Assembly: GCA_038831915.1 (NCBI GenBank)
Contig: JAWBKB010000005.1
Coordinates: 1-64,000 of the forward strand
Length of the DNA: 64,000 bases
DNA from: Candidatus Caldarchaeum sp.
GTDB lineage: Archaea; Thermoproteota; Nitrososphaeria_A; Caldarchaeales; Caldarchaeaceae
Direction of reading: 5' to 3'
Below the pieces are notes generated by a model. That model was not told where the DNA came from and did no database searches. It was given only the letters and a program-made list of their open reading frames with translations. Positions 49,873 to 62,461 of this stretch are shown piece by piece (the first letter of the stretch is position 1; each line of letters begins with the position of its first letter). A program made the translations under genes and the position numbers.

Positions 49873-51546
49873 TTAGATGTTTCGCCTAGTTAGGTTGAAG
49901 AACCAGAAAAACACAGCGAGGAAAGCCGTAATCATCGAAATGGCGTTGCTGCCAGCGTAGCTGAGAGTTGCCGGAGTAATTCCGTATCCTTCAAGCTCGA
50001 CGGAGTAGGGTTTGCCAGTGATAGGGTTTAACAGACGTTCGACAGGTGCGTAGCTGTCCGTCAAAACAGGGTATTCGTCGAGCTGTGGAATCACGGTCCA
50101 TAGGTTTGTTTTGATTTTTTCGGCCAGCCATGGGTTTTTCACTTTTTCGGCGGCTTGTTCAAGGCTGCATGACTCCGAAACACAGGCTACGAGGATGAGG
50201 TTTTGAACAAATCCGCCAGCGTTTTCAGATGCCCTGAACACGAAAAGCTTCGGAAAAACTTTGGACACCGTCGCATATTCGGCCCAGAAAATTTCCGACG
50301 TATCGCCTGTAAGGGAAGCGATTAAGTTGATCACGAGGACGCCGTTGCTGGTCATTTTTTCACGGAGAAGCCTGTAAAACTCCACCGTCATTAAATGGAA
50401 GGGAACATATGTTTTGGCGTATGCATCCATCACCACGACATCGTAGACCCGGTCGGTTTTCGTAAGAAACACGCGGCCGTCGTCGACAAAAACTCTCAGC
50501 CTACTGTCTTCCGGGACAGAGAAGAATTTGCGCGCGGCTTCGACGACGTCGGGGTCGATTTCCACGACGTCAACCAACATCCTGGGATAATGTTTGAGGA
50601 AGTATTTAGGCCCGGACATTCCTCCGCCTCCGATGAACAAAACCGTCGTGGAATTCGGGTTGAGCGCGGGCCCTATTTCGAAGAACCGTGTGTATGGAAA
50701 GACGAGGTCGTAGGGATTGTTTAGAGATGCAGCGCTGTGTGGTAGGCCGTTTAGGTAGAGGGTGATGATGTCTTGTTGTTTGACGACGACGAGGCTGTTG
50801 TAAAGTGTTTCACGCGTGTAGATAACCTCGCCTCCGGTGGCTGCAACGGTTTGTGCAAAATATCCAACCGGTGTGAAAACCACGATGAGGAGGATCGCCG
50901 CGAGAAATTTCGCCGTCTTGGACAAGTAGAAAGCTGAAACGACCATTAGCAAGGCACCGCTTCCCAGCACCACGGTGCGGACGTCGAAATATGGTAGAAG
51001 TCCGAAAACCGTGAGAAACGTGCCCACTATGCTACCTATCGTCGAGAGCGAATAGATGTCGCCGGCTGAAGCGCCGATTTTTCCCCGTGCTGTTGCCAGC
51101 AGCTTTATCGCGTAGGGGCTGACCATTCCCATGGGAACGGTTGGTGGGGCGAGAAGTATGAACGTAGCCAAAAGAGGCCCCGCCTGCTCTCCGAGTTTAA
51201 GCGACTCGATGAATTCAAGCACGGCCGGTGAAAAGAACGGAATGACGAAGGTGAGCAACCCAGCTGTGAAGACTATCGATGCGAAGGTTTTACCGCTAGG
51301 GTTGACGTCGGCAAGCCTTCCGCCCACCCGGTAACCAACCGCAAGAGACAGCAAAACAACGCCAATCAAGCTACCCCAAACATAGATGCTGTTTCCGAAA
51401 ATAGGAGCGAGAAGACGGCTCGCCGCCATCTCCAACCCCATCGCAACAGCTCCAGACGCAAACACCAAAACAAAAAGCCCGAAACCTTTCAAACCAGTCC
51501 AAACCCATCGCCGGAAACGGTCCAAAAATAGGTTTTCAAAAAACAA
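49873..51546 (-). CDS. Membrane-fused spermidine synthase-like SAM-dependent protein
   Basis: N-terminal TM bundle; IGGGG, VEIDP, DDGR, VMDAY, LTDSYAP. Confidence 0.85.
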   Translation of the reverse strand: MFFENLFLDRFRRWVWTGLKGFGLFVLVFASGAVAMGLEMAASRLLAPIFGNSIYVWGSLIGVVLLSLAVGYRVGGRLADVNPSGKTFASIVFTAGLLTFVIPFFSPAVLEFIESLKLGEQAGPLLATFILLAPPTVPMGMVSPYAIKLLATARGKIGASAGDIYSLSTIGSIVGTFLTVFGLLPYFDVRTVVLGSGALLMVVSAFYLSKTAKFLAAILLIVVFTPVGYFAQTVAATGGEVIYTRETLYNSLVVVKQQDIITLYLNGLPHSAASLNNPYDLVFPYTRFFEIGPALNPNSTTVLFIGGGGMSGPKYFLKHYPRMLVDVVEIDPDVVEAARKFFSVPEDSRLRVFVDDGRVFLTKTDRVYDVVVMDAYAKTYVPFHLMTVEFYRLLREKMTSNGVLVINLIASLTGDTSEIFWAEYATVSKVFPKLFVFRASENAGGFVQNLILVACVSESCSLEQAAEKVKNPWLAEKIKTNLWTVIPQLDEYPVLTDSYAPVERLLNPITGKPYSVELEGYGITPATLSYAGSNAISMITAFLAVFFWFFNLTRRNI

Positions 51547-51589
51547 CTTTTAAAGGAGCTTTACCTGATGTGCCACACGGTGTTTACAG

Positions 51590-51808
51590 GTGGGAGAACC
51601 CATTTACGAGTCGCGGATTCTTTACCAATGCGTGAAATGCGGCCGTGTCTTTGAAAAGGATAAACTCAGCAAAGGCGACACCCGATGTCCCTACTGCACC
51701 CCGGTCGTCTACGTTATCAAGAAAGCAAAGTCTCCGACGGCCAAGCTGATTAAAACTTCGGAGCTCGGCCGGGACAGCAGTCTTCAGATGTTTGAGAACA
51801 TGTCGTAA
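51590..51808 (+). CDS. rpoP: RNA polymerase subunit P (Rpo12)
   Basis: YQCVKCG...RCPYC...IKK.K Zn ribbon, 72 aa. Confidence 0.8.
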   Translation: MGEPIYESRILYQCVKCGRVFEKDKLSKGDTRCPYCTPVVYVIKKAKSPTAKLIKTSELGRDSSLQMFENMS

Positions 51809-51898
51809 TACCTGGGAATATTGATAGTAATTGCGGAAAATCTCCGCTCGGCGCGAGTGATGTAAAAGACGTAAAGCGAGGCTCGTGGCCCGGGGTTC

Positions 51899-52644
51899 AT
51901 GGCTCCGCTGGTCAACGACCTTTACTTCACGACTTTGATGTGGGTTGTTTCTGTCATAGGAGTTTTTCTTCTCGTGAGAATGTTTTTCGCTCCTCTACTT
52001 GACCTTGTTTCGCAGCGGTTGGCCGGCGTCCTCCGTTTGACGGGTTCAGCGTTCCTCTATGGTGGTTTGGCCGTTAAGCTGGTTGAACTCTTAGCAGCTG
52101 ACTTGGTTTTAGCGTCTGCATGCGGTTTGTCGTTGTTGGCTTTGTCGGTTTACGGGTTTAGGTCGTTGAAGCTGATGGTTTTAGGTGATGTGTTGAAAGC
52201 TGTCGGCGTTTTGAGAGAGGGCGACTACGTCATGTTTGGAAGCCGTGTCGCGAAAATAACCGAGGTCACGGCGACGCACACTGTTTTAACCACGTCGGAT
52301 TTGCGGAAAATCTACGTTCCCAACGACAGGCTTCTTTCACGGAAATTCGTCAACATCACGAGGTCTGGAGCCGGTGTTTTGACCGTCCGCATCACCATTG
52401 ACACACGTCAGGTCGGTGTTCCAGACGCCAAACTCATCCTCCTGAAAACCGGAACGGACATCGCCAAAGCCGAATCAGCGCCCAACCGGGCGGCTGATGT
52501 CCGCGTCGAAAAAATCGAAGGCAACTACGTAACCCTTAGGCTGACGCTTTACCTGCTCAACCCGGCTAAAGCGGAGCCGCTGGCATCCCACATCATGGAA
52601 AGAGTTCACACAAAGCTGATGGAAGCAACCGCTGAAGCCCGGAT

Positions 52645-52648
<4 letters not shown>
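51899..52648 (+). CDS. MscS-family mechanosensitive channel
   Basis: 3 TM, REGDYV, T.LTT.D..IYVPN, VNITR. Confidence 0.75.
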
Positions 52649-55265
<2,617 letters not shown>

Positions 55266-55358
55266 CCCTGAACCATTAATCCAAAGCCTCGATAATTAGT
55301 GATATTCCGAATAGCTTTAAATCCACGTGCCAGCCATCGCTTCCTCGGTGAAAAGACT

Positions 55359-55616
55359 CTGGGCAAGGTGAGGACACGCAAAGTCAAAACACTTTCCAAA
55401 ACTATCGCAGAATCATATCCAGACCGTGTGTCGACAAGCTTTGAAGAGAACAAAAAACTGGTGAGAGAAGTTCTTGAAGGCCGTTTTTCGAAGAAGCTTT
55501 CTAACAGGATTGCGGGCTATCTCGTGACTTTGAAGAAGCTTGAGCTGAAGAAGCAGAAAGCCGCTGCTGAAGCGGAGACGCCGGAGGCATCATCTCCGGA
55601 GCCTCAAGCTGAATAG
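55359..55616 (+). CDS. rps17e: 30S ribosomal protein S17e, apparent CTG start
   Basis: GKVRT..VK...FEENKK...SKKLSNRIAGY. The usual Met position is CTG 55359, with SD GGTGA at 55347. Confidence 0.93.
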   Translation: MGKVRTRKVKTLSKTIAESYPDRVSTSFEENKKLVREVLEGRFSKKLSNRIAGYLVTLKKLELKKQKAAAEAETPEASSPEPQAE

Positions 55617-56534
55617 TAGCACTGCAACAAGAACCACTATAACCGCAACCGGTATCAGCAGCTCTAAGACCTGAGGCCCAGCTGGAGCCGGTGTTGTCTG
55701 CGGCTGCGGCGTTGTAACGATTGTGATTGGTGTTGTAGGTGTCTGCGGGGTGGTGGGTGTTGTCTGTTGAAGAGTTATCAAGGTCGTGATTGTTTCGGTC
55801 CTAACACCGCCCGGAACTATTACCGTTTGCGTCACGGTCGTCGGAGTAACTACCTGTGTAGTCACGTAACTCATCGGCGAAACTCTTGAACTAAACATGT
55901 AAGTCGTGCCTTCCCTTATTTCGGTGAAAATTGTCGTGAGTCTCGTGAACGGAATCTCTATTCCCGTGACCGTGGTCCCTTCAAAAGATAGGGTGATTCC
56001 AGGGTTAGCTATGACTATGGTTGCGGGCACCGAATCAGCGATATACCGAATAATTTCAGTCACTGTCATGATGTTGCAGTTTTCCTGAATCGCGCCATAA
56101 ATCATCATCGGAACTGCGTAACCATTCATGGTCAACGTCATGGGTCTGAAGTCTGTCCGCATCGCGGTTGTGCCGCCCACCACCGAAGTAAACGCCGTTG
56201 AAATCTCACGGATTGTGAAGACCGTGCTGATGGTGGTTCCAGGAAAAGTGACTGTTACTCCTGGGATAGTTATCGCGGTGGGAGGCGGTAGAGCAGTGAA
56301 AGTGATGGTGCATGTCTGGTCTTGCTCATATACTTCAAGAATCAAAGTGTAGCCGGGCATAGTAATCGTCGCGACGATTGTTGTTCCAGCTATCACGGTT
56401 TGAGTCGTGTAAGTTGTCGGTGGAATGGTGACCACGCGAGTGGTCGTGGTGGTTATCACCTGCTGGCTTTCAACAAACCCGAAAAGACCAATTATCAACA
56501 AAACAACTACGCCAACTAAAGGAACAAAACGCAA
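55590..56534 (-). CDS. Thr-rich cell-surface protein with signal peptide and C-terminal membrane anchor
   Basis: Hydrophobic N-terminus, repeated (P/E/G)GxT units, TP-rich linker, TM plus basic tail. Confidence 0.8.
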   Translation of the reverse strand: MRFVPLVGVVVLLIIGLFGFVESQQVITTTTTRVVTIPPTTYTTQTVIAGTTIVATITMPGYTLILEVYEQDQTCTITFTALPPPTAITIPGVTVTFPGTTISTVFTIREISTAFTSVVGGTTAMRTDFRPMTLTMNGYAVPMMIYGAIQENCNIMTVTEIIRYIADSVPATIVIANPGITLSFEGTTVTGIEIPFTRLTTIFTEIREGTTYMFSSRVSPMSYVTTQVVTPTTVTQTVIVPGGVRTETITTLITLQQTTPTTPQTPTTPITIVTTPQPQTTPAPAGPQVLELLIPVAVIVVLVAVLLFSLRLRR

Positions 56535-56621
56535 GACCTAAGCCCCTCGATAAGTAAACCGCGATGGCTATAAGGGTTTCCAGATAATGATAAATAAGCT
56601 TCACACCGTTATGCAGCTGGG

Positions 56622-57653
56622 TTGGGTGTTAAAATCGGCGACATCATCCCCGAAGGAGCGGTTGAGAAGACTTCTTTGAAAAAGCTTTCAGGTAAATCCA
56701 TAGCTTTTGACGCCTACAACATTCTCTACCAATTTCTCGCAACCATCCGCGGAGCTGACGGCAGACCATTGATGGATAGAAGAGGCAGGGTGACGAGTCA
56801 TCTCAGCGGCCTCTTTTTCCGAACTATCAACTTTCTGCAGGAAGGAATTTTGCCGGTGTATGTTTTTGACGGAAGGCCGCCGGAGCAGAAGCTCGAAACC
56901 GTCGAGAAACGTGCGATGGCCCGCGAAGAAGCGGGAAGACTGTATGAAATGGCCTTAGCGGAAGGAGACATCGAAGCCGCGCGTCGATATGCTCAGAGAG
57001 CTACGTCGCTGGAAAAATACATGGTTGAAAGTGCGTCCGACCTTCTCAAAGCCATGGGCGTTCCATATGTCAACGCGCCTTCTGAAGGAGAGGCTCAGGC
57101 CGCTTACATGGCGATGAAAGGAAGCGTCTATGCGTCGGCTTCGCAGGACATGGATTCACTGCTCTTCGGCTCACCTCGTCTTGTCCGCAACCTGTCTATC
57201 GTCGGCCGAAGAAAGCTACCACGCCGAAACGAATACGTCGAAGTCGAGCCTGAAATAATTTACCTCGACAAAGTTTTGACAGGTCTCGGGATAACGCGTG
57301 AACAGCTAATTGACATCGGTCTTCTCATGGGAACTGATTATTCGCCGCAAATCAAAGGAATTGGGCCCAAAACAGCCTATAAAATTATCAAGGAGCATGG
57401 CTCGCTTGAGAAAGCGGTGGAAGCCGGAGCAGTGACCGTGGATTTTGATTTCAACGAGATTCGGAAACTGTTCCTGCATCCATCAACTACAGATGACTAC
57501 GAGCTGACTTGGAAACAGCCTTCTGAGGAAAGAGTCCTGGAGCTTCTCGTCGAAGAATTTGATTTTTCACGCGAAAGAGTTTTGAAAGCTTTGAACGAGT
57601 TGAAGCAGAGCATGGCGAAGAAATCATCCAGCCTTGATGCTTTCTTCGGTTAA
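56622..57653 (+). CDS. fen: Flap endonuclease 1
   Basis: MGV, DAYNILYQFL, VFDG, APSEGEAQAA, SQDMD, GTDY, C-terminal PIP-like SLDAFF. Confidence 0.97.
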   Translation: MGVKIGDIIPEGAVEKTSLKKLSGKSIAFDAYNILYQFLATIRGADGRPLMDRRGRVTSHLSGLFFRTINFLQEGILPVYVFDGRPPEQKLETVEKRAMAREEAGRLYEMALAEGDIEAARRYAQRATSLEKYMVESASDLLKAMGVPYVNAPSEGEAQAAYMAMKGSVYASASQDMDSLLFGSPRLVRNLSIVGRRKLPRRNEYVEVEPEIIYLDKVLTGLGITREQLIDIGLLMGTDYSPQIKGIGPKTAYKIIKEHGSLEKAVEAGAVTVDFDFNEIRKLFLHPSTTDDYELTWKQPSEERVLELLVEEFDFSRERVLKALNELKQSMAKKSSSLDAFFG

Positions 57654-57860
57654 AATTTCCACGACTTTCCGTTCTTCGTCAAGCGTTGAAACCCTGACTT
57701 TGCCATGGATTTCAAGCTTCATCAAAACTTCGAGAAGGTCCTGCATCGACATCTTCGGCTGATGACGTTTGACTTCGTCGTGAAGCGTCTGCAACATCGC
57801 TTTTCCACCCATCTTTCGCAAAACCTCCAAAACCATGTAGTGCTTTGACATCCCTGACAT
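57624..57860 (-). CDS. Small winged-helix-like protein downstream of cdc48
   Basis: 78-aa ORF with helix-helix-LMKLEIHGKVRV wing pattern. Confidence 0.65.
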   Translation of the reverse strand: MSGMSKHYMVLEVLRKMGGKAMLQTLHDEVKRHQPKMSMQDLLEVLMKLEIHGKVRVSTLDEERKVVEILTEESIKAG

Positions 57861-57932
57861 GTTTACATGGTCGCTGTGTTATAAGCTATTAGACAAAGCC
57901 GCAATGTATGAAGAATGTTGAAAAAGAGCGTT

Positions 57933-60113
57933 TTATCCTATCATCATGAGTGGTTTCTCGCTGGAGCGTAGTATTTCGCCGACTTTCTCGTATTCGCGCA
58001 TCATCTGTGGCGTGATGCTGGGTTTGACGAGCATGAGTGCTTCTTCGAAATCGCGTTTGGTCACTTTTTCGGCGTTGATGTCGCGTCGTAGTGCTGCAAG
58101 CGCGGCTTCTCTGCATAGAGATTCGATGTCGGCTCCGGAAAAGCCTTCGCATCTGCTGGCAAGTGTTTCGATGTTGACGTCGTCGGCGAGCGGCATTTTA
58201 CGCGTGTAGATGTAGAAGATTTCGACCCGTGCTTTTTCGTCAGGCGGTGGAATTAACAGCAGCCTGTCAAACCTTCCGGGTCTCAGCAACGCGGGGTCAA
58301 GCATGTCGGGCCTGTTGGTTGCTCCGATGACGACGATGTCGTTGAGTTCTTCGATGCCATCGATTTCTGCGAGTAGCTGGCTGGCGACACGATTGGTTAC
58401 GCCTGAGCTGTCTTCCATCACATCTTTCCGAGGCGCAATGGCTTCGATTTCGTCGAAGAAAATGACGGCGGGAGCGGCCTGCCGTGCTTTGCGGAAGATT
58501 TCACGGATGGCTTTTTCTGATTCACCCACCCATTTCGAGAAAATCTCGGGCCCCTTAATCGTGATGAAGTTAGCTTCGCTTTCAGTTGCTACTGCTTTGG
58601 CGAGCAATGTTTTGCCGCAGCCCGGAGGTCCGTAGAGCAGCACCCCCTTCGGCGGCTTGATGCCAAGTTTCTCGAATTTGTCGGGATATTTCAGAGGCCA
58701 TTCAACCATTTCGATAAGCTTCTGCTTCACCTGTTCCAGCCCGCCGATGTCTTCCCAGCGAACCGTCGGTGTTTCGATTTCGACTTCACGCAACGCGCTG
58801 GGAGTGATTTCCTTATAGGCGTCGAGGAAGTCTTTCATCGTTACTTCGAGGCTGTTCAAAATTTCAGGTGATATTCTTTCGCCGGAAAAGTCGATGCTCG
58901 GCAGTATTCGGCGGATGGCTTTCATGGCTGCTTCTCTGCAGAGAGCAGCGAGGTCTGCTCCCGTGTATCCACGGGTCATTTCTCCGAGTTTTTCGATTGA
59001 AACGTCTTTCGCAAGCGGCATTCCACGGGTGTGAATCGTGAGTATTTCTGTGCGGCCTTTTTTATCAGGTATTCCGATTTCAATTTCACGGTCGAATCTG
59101 CCGGGTCTGCGTAGAGCTGGGTCGATGGCGTTTGGCCGGTTTGTCGCGCCGATGACGATGACGGAGCCGCGGCCTTCAAGTCCATCCATCAAGGCAAGAA
59201 GCTGGGCGACGACTCTTTTCTCAACTTCGCCGGTTACTTCGCTTCTTTTCGGAGCAATCGCGTCGATTTCGTCGATGAATATTATGCTGGGTGCTTCTTC
59301 TTCGGCTTTGCGGAAAATTTCACGGAGACGGGCCTCTGTTTCACCGTAGTATTTGTTCATGATTTCGGGGCCGTTGATGAGGATGAAGTTGGCTTCTGCC
59401 TCGGTTGCAACGGCTTTGGCGAGCAATGTTTTGCCGCAGCCCGGAGGTCCGTAGAGCAGCACACCCTTCGGCGGGTCTATTCCAAGCTTCTGGAACAGCT
59501 CTGGAAAACGAAGTGGAAGCTCAATCATTTCTCTTACACGCTGTATCTGCTCCTGAAGCCCGCCGATGTCCTCATACGTGATGCTTGTACGGAGGGTCTT
59601 TTCCTGAACGACTCGGCTCTGTATCACAAGCTTGGTGCGTGGAGTGATTTTCGCTATCCCCGTCGGCCTCATCTGAACCACTGCAAAAGTGAAGAGGTTT
59701 CCGAAGAAGAGGACGGGAATGATGTTGCGGTGAACGACGGGGTATTCGATGAGCCTGCTTTTAACTAGTTTCGTGAAATTTTCATCTGCTTTGATTGATG
59801 TGTTGTATGGGGCGAGGACGACGAGCTGGGCTTCTTTCACGTTCGCTTTCCTCACGATGACATAGTCGTTAAGCGAAACACCTGCGTTGTTACGTATGTG
59901 GCCGTCTATACGTATCACGTCTTTGTCTTTTTCATCCTCCATGTATCCCAGCCACACCGTCGCCGCCGTCAACTTCTTTCCCCTAATCTCGATAATATCG
60001 CCCGTTGAAAGACCCGCTTCAGCTCCAACCGACCTATCTATACGCGCTATACCGTAGCCAACATCTCTCTGTTTGGCTTCTGCAACACGCAGCCGCAGCT
60101 CCTTAACACTCAT
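57933..60113 (-). CDS. cdc48: CDC48/VAT/p97 AAA+ ATPase
   Basis: N-domain RDVGYGIARID; two AAA modules with GPPGCGKT, DEID/DEIE, RPGRFDR. Confidence 0.97.
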   Translation of the reverse strand: MSVKELRLRVAEAKQRDVGYGIARIDRSVGAEAGLSTGDIIEIRGKKLTAATVWLGYMEDEKDKDVIRIDGHIRNNAGVSLNDYVIVRKANVKEAQLVVLAPYNTSIKADENFTKLVKSRLIEYPVVHRNIIPVLFFGNLFTFAVVQMRPTGIAKITPRTKLVIQSRVVQEKTLRTSITYEDIGGLQEQIQRVREMIELPLRFPELFQKLGIDPPKGVLLYGPPGCGKTLLAKAVATEAEANFILINGPEIMNKYYGETEARLREIFRKAEEEAPSIIFIDEIDAIAPKRSEVTGEVEKRVVAQLLALMDGLEGRGSVIVIGATNRPNAIDPALRRPGRFDREIEIGIPDKKGRTEILTIHTRGMPLAKDVSIEKLGEMTRGYTGADLAALCREAAMKAIRRILPSIDFSGERISPEILNSLEVTMKDFLDAYKEITPSALREVEIETPTVRWEDIGGLEQVKQKLIEMVEWPLKYPDKFEKLGIKPPKGVLLYGPPGCGKTLLAKAVATESEANFITIKGPEIFSKWVGESEKAIREIFRKARQAAPAVIFFDEIEAIAPRKDVMEDSSGVTNRVASQLLAEIDGIEELNDIVVIGATNRPDMLDPALLRPGRFDRLLLIPPPDEKARVEIFYIYTRKMPLADDVNIETLASRCEGFSGADIESLCREAALAALRRDINAEKVTKRDFEEALMLVKPSITPQMMREYEKVGEILRSSEKPLMMIG
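58594..59474. repeat. 62-bp direct repeat (61/62 identical) at 58594-58655 and 59413-59474 inside cdc48
   Basis: GCTTTGGCGAGCAATGTTTTGCCGCAGCCCGGAGGTCCGTAGAGCAGCAC(C/A)CCCTTCGGCGG occurs at both Walker A regions. Confidence 0.92.
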
Positions 60114-60174
60114 TCACCTTTCCATTCCGACAGTGGAATTTAAACGATAACGGTTCACAAACACCATAAAATTG

Positions 60175-61326
60175 TTAAAGCAGCCAGTTCTGAAGCCTGA
60201 CAAGCCCGAATTCGTGTTTTTCCCGACGCCCATGCGGAGAAGGCGGCTCAAATATGACTTCAGGAGCCGGGTCTGCGAAGAAATTGGCGGCGCCTTTGCC
60301 CGCGTATCCATCACCTACTTCTACATAGCATGCTCCTTTCCCATCGAAGACAGAGCTGTCACTTGTTCCGAGAATTTTCGCAGCGATTTTCCGCGCCGCC
60401 ACGATTCCCATCGCCTCAGCGAAAACACCAGCCTTCGGCAGGAATATGCCGTTCCTCAGCTTAATGGCTACAACATCACCGACGCCGTAAACATCTGGAA
60501 ACTTCGTTTCCATCGTCAGCGGATTCACGGAAACCCATCCAACTTCATCGACCAAACCCGCGTCACGGACAATTTTCGGAACACGGTGAACCGGGACACC
60601 GAGCAGAAGGTCATACCCAGCCTCTTCATCCTCGAACACTATTTTTTTCCGCGACGCATCTATTTGTTTCACGGTTTTCCGCGGATGAAACCCAATCCCT
60701 CTTTCTGCCAGCAGTTTTTCGACTTGCTTTCCAGCCGGTCCGGCCGCGGGCATGGGCTGTGGCTCAGGTGTGTAGATGTCGATGGACACTTTGTCGCCTA
60801 TTCCGCGATGTTTCATGTATGATTGGACGAGGAAAGCGGCCTCGTAGGGTGCCGGTGGACATTTGAAAGGTGTCCCGGTTATCAACACCGCTATCCGTCC
60901 TCCATCAAACTGTTTGAGAACGTTCTGAGCCGCGAACGCACCCATCAAGTCGTAGAAGTTGTAAGCGGCTTCACGGAACCCGGGCACCGCGTCCAAAACA
61001 TATTCTGCTCCAAGCGCCACGATGATGGCGTCGGCTTCGTACGTGTTTTCGGATGTTTGGACACGTTTGCGCTCCTGGTCTATTTTGATTATTTCTTCGT
61101 TGCGAAACTTTACGCCGTGTTTCTGCACGCCTTTGACAGGGTAGAGGCATTCCCGTGGGGAAGGAATTTCACCGGTCATCAGCCAGAGATTCATGAATCC
61201 CATGGAGAATTTATCGCGGCGGTCGACCAAAACGACTTCATAACTTGGCGGAAGCATTTTACGCAGTTCAATCGAAGCCGGTATTCCCCCAAAACCTGCA
61301 CCGAGAACAAGTACACGACCGGTCAA
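60175..61326 (-). CDS. Second SQR-like FAD-dependent oxidoreductase
   Basis: LGAGFGG, KCPPAPYE, YGVGD, PKAG, GACYVEVG. Likely start TTG 61326. Confidence 0.85.
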   Translation of the reverse strand: MTGRVLVLGAGFGGIPASIELRKMLPPSYEVVLVDRRDKFSMGFMNLWLMTGEIPSPRECLYPVKGVQKHGVKFRNEEIIKIDQERKRVQTSENTYEADAIIVALGAEYVLDAVPGFREAAYNFYDLMGAFAAQNVLKQFDGGRIAVLITGTPFKCPPAPYEAAFLVQSYMKHRGIGDKVSIDIYTPEPQPMPAAGPAGKQVEKLLAERGIGFHPRKTVKQIDASRKKIVFEDEEAGYDLLLGVPVHRVPKIVRDAGLVDEVGWVSVNPLTMETKFPDVYGVGDVVAIKLRNGIFLPKAGVFAEAMGIVAARKIAAKILGTSDSSVFDGKGACYVEVGDGYAGKGAANFFADPAPEVIFEPPSPHGRREKHEFGLVRLQNWLL

Positions 61327-61414
61327 ACCCAGCTGAACCAGAAAATCTGAAACCTTCGCTATAAACCATTTTAACCGACAATCTCTACGCTTATAAGGTC
61401 GATGACGTGTTATT

Positions 61415-62461
61415 GTGAAAGGTTTGTCAGGTTTTGAAACGATTCGCTGGGATGAAAAACGGAGAGAAATCGTGTTGCTAGACCAACGTGTTTTGCCGGC
61501 CCGCGTAAAATATCTTAGATGCCGTTCTGTGAAAGAAGTTGCGTTCGCTATCAAGGACATGGCTGTCCGGGGTGCTCCAGCTATCGGTGTTACGGCCGCG
61601 TTTGGGATGGCTTTGGCCGCTCTGAAATCACGGGCAAAAACCCGGGAAGCGTTGTTGAAGGAGCTGGAAAAAGCTCGAAAAATACTTGCCGCAACCAGGC
61701 CGACAGCTGTTAACCTTTTCTGGGCTCTCGACAGAATTATGAAAAAGGCAGAATCTGTTCAAGGCCTGCCGTCTGAAATCGCCTCCATCCTCCTAACAGA
61801 AGCACAGCAAATACTGAATGAGGACATTGAAATGAACAAGACAATCGGAAGGCTTGGGGCAGACCTGATTAAAGATGGTTATGGTGTGCTGACTCACTGC
61901 AACGCAGGCGCTTTAGCTACCGGTGGATATGGAACCGCTCTCGGCGTGATAAGATACGCGCATGAATCAGGCAAACGGATTACTGTCTATGCGAGTGAGA
62001 CGAGGCCTCGACTTCAGGGGGCGAAGCTGACGGCCTTCGAGTTGAAAATGCTCAAAATTCCATTCTATGTCGTGCCCGACACGGCTGTTGCGTTTTTGAT
62101 GGCGAAGGGCATGATTAACGCAGTCGTGGTTGGGGCCGACCGAATCATCGCAAAAACAGGCCACGTCATCAACAAGATTGGAACACTTTCCGCCGCAGTG
62201 AACGCACACCATTTCAATATACCTTTCTACGTTGCCGCACCGACATCGACAGTCGACCTCTACAAAACAATCGATCAAGTCACAATCGAGGAAAGAAGTG
62301 AAGACGAGATTCATTACGTGGAGAAGACGAGGATAACACCGCCTGGAACCAAAGCAATTAACTATGCTTTCGACATAACTCCGCCAGAGCTTGTTACAGC
62401 GGTCATAACTGAGAAAGGTGTGTTCAAGCCGACGGAGCTTTACCGGTTTCTGACGGGTTAG
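61415..62461 (+). CDS. mtnA: Methylthioribose-1-phosphate isomerase (eIF2B-like family)
   Basis: LDQRVLP, VRGAPAIG, RPTAVNL, LTHCNAGALAT..YGTALG, ETRP.LQG, NKIGT, FDITP. Confidence 0.9.
   Translation: MKGLSGFETIRWDEKRREIVLLDQRVLPARVKYLRCRSVKEVAFAIKDMAVRGAPAIGVTAAFGMALAALKSRAKTREALLKELEKARKILAATRPTAVNLFWALDRIMKKAESVQGLPSEIASILLTEAQQILNEDIEMNKTIGRLGADLIKDGYGVLTHCNAGALATGGYGTALGVIRYAHESGKRITVYASETRPRLQGAKLTAFELKMLKIPFYVVPDTAVAFLMAKGMINAVVVGADRIIAKTGHVINKIGTLSAAVNAHHFNIPFYVAAPTSTVDLYKTIDQVTIEERSEDEIHYVEKTRITPPGTKAINYAFDITPPELVTAVITEKGVFKPTELYRFLTG

Noticed and set aside
51809-51898. GTGATG-containing spacer after rpoP considered as a C/D box sRNA
   Set aside because: No proper CTGA D boxes at guide-length spacing.
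61415-62461. Alternative call as translation factor eIF2B subunit or ribose-1,5-bisphosphate isomerase
   Set aside because: The LDQR.LP N-terminus and HCNAGALAT..YGTA motif favour MtnA.
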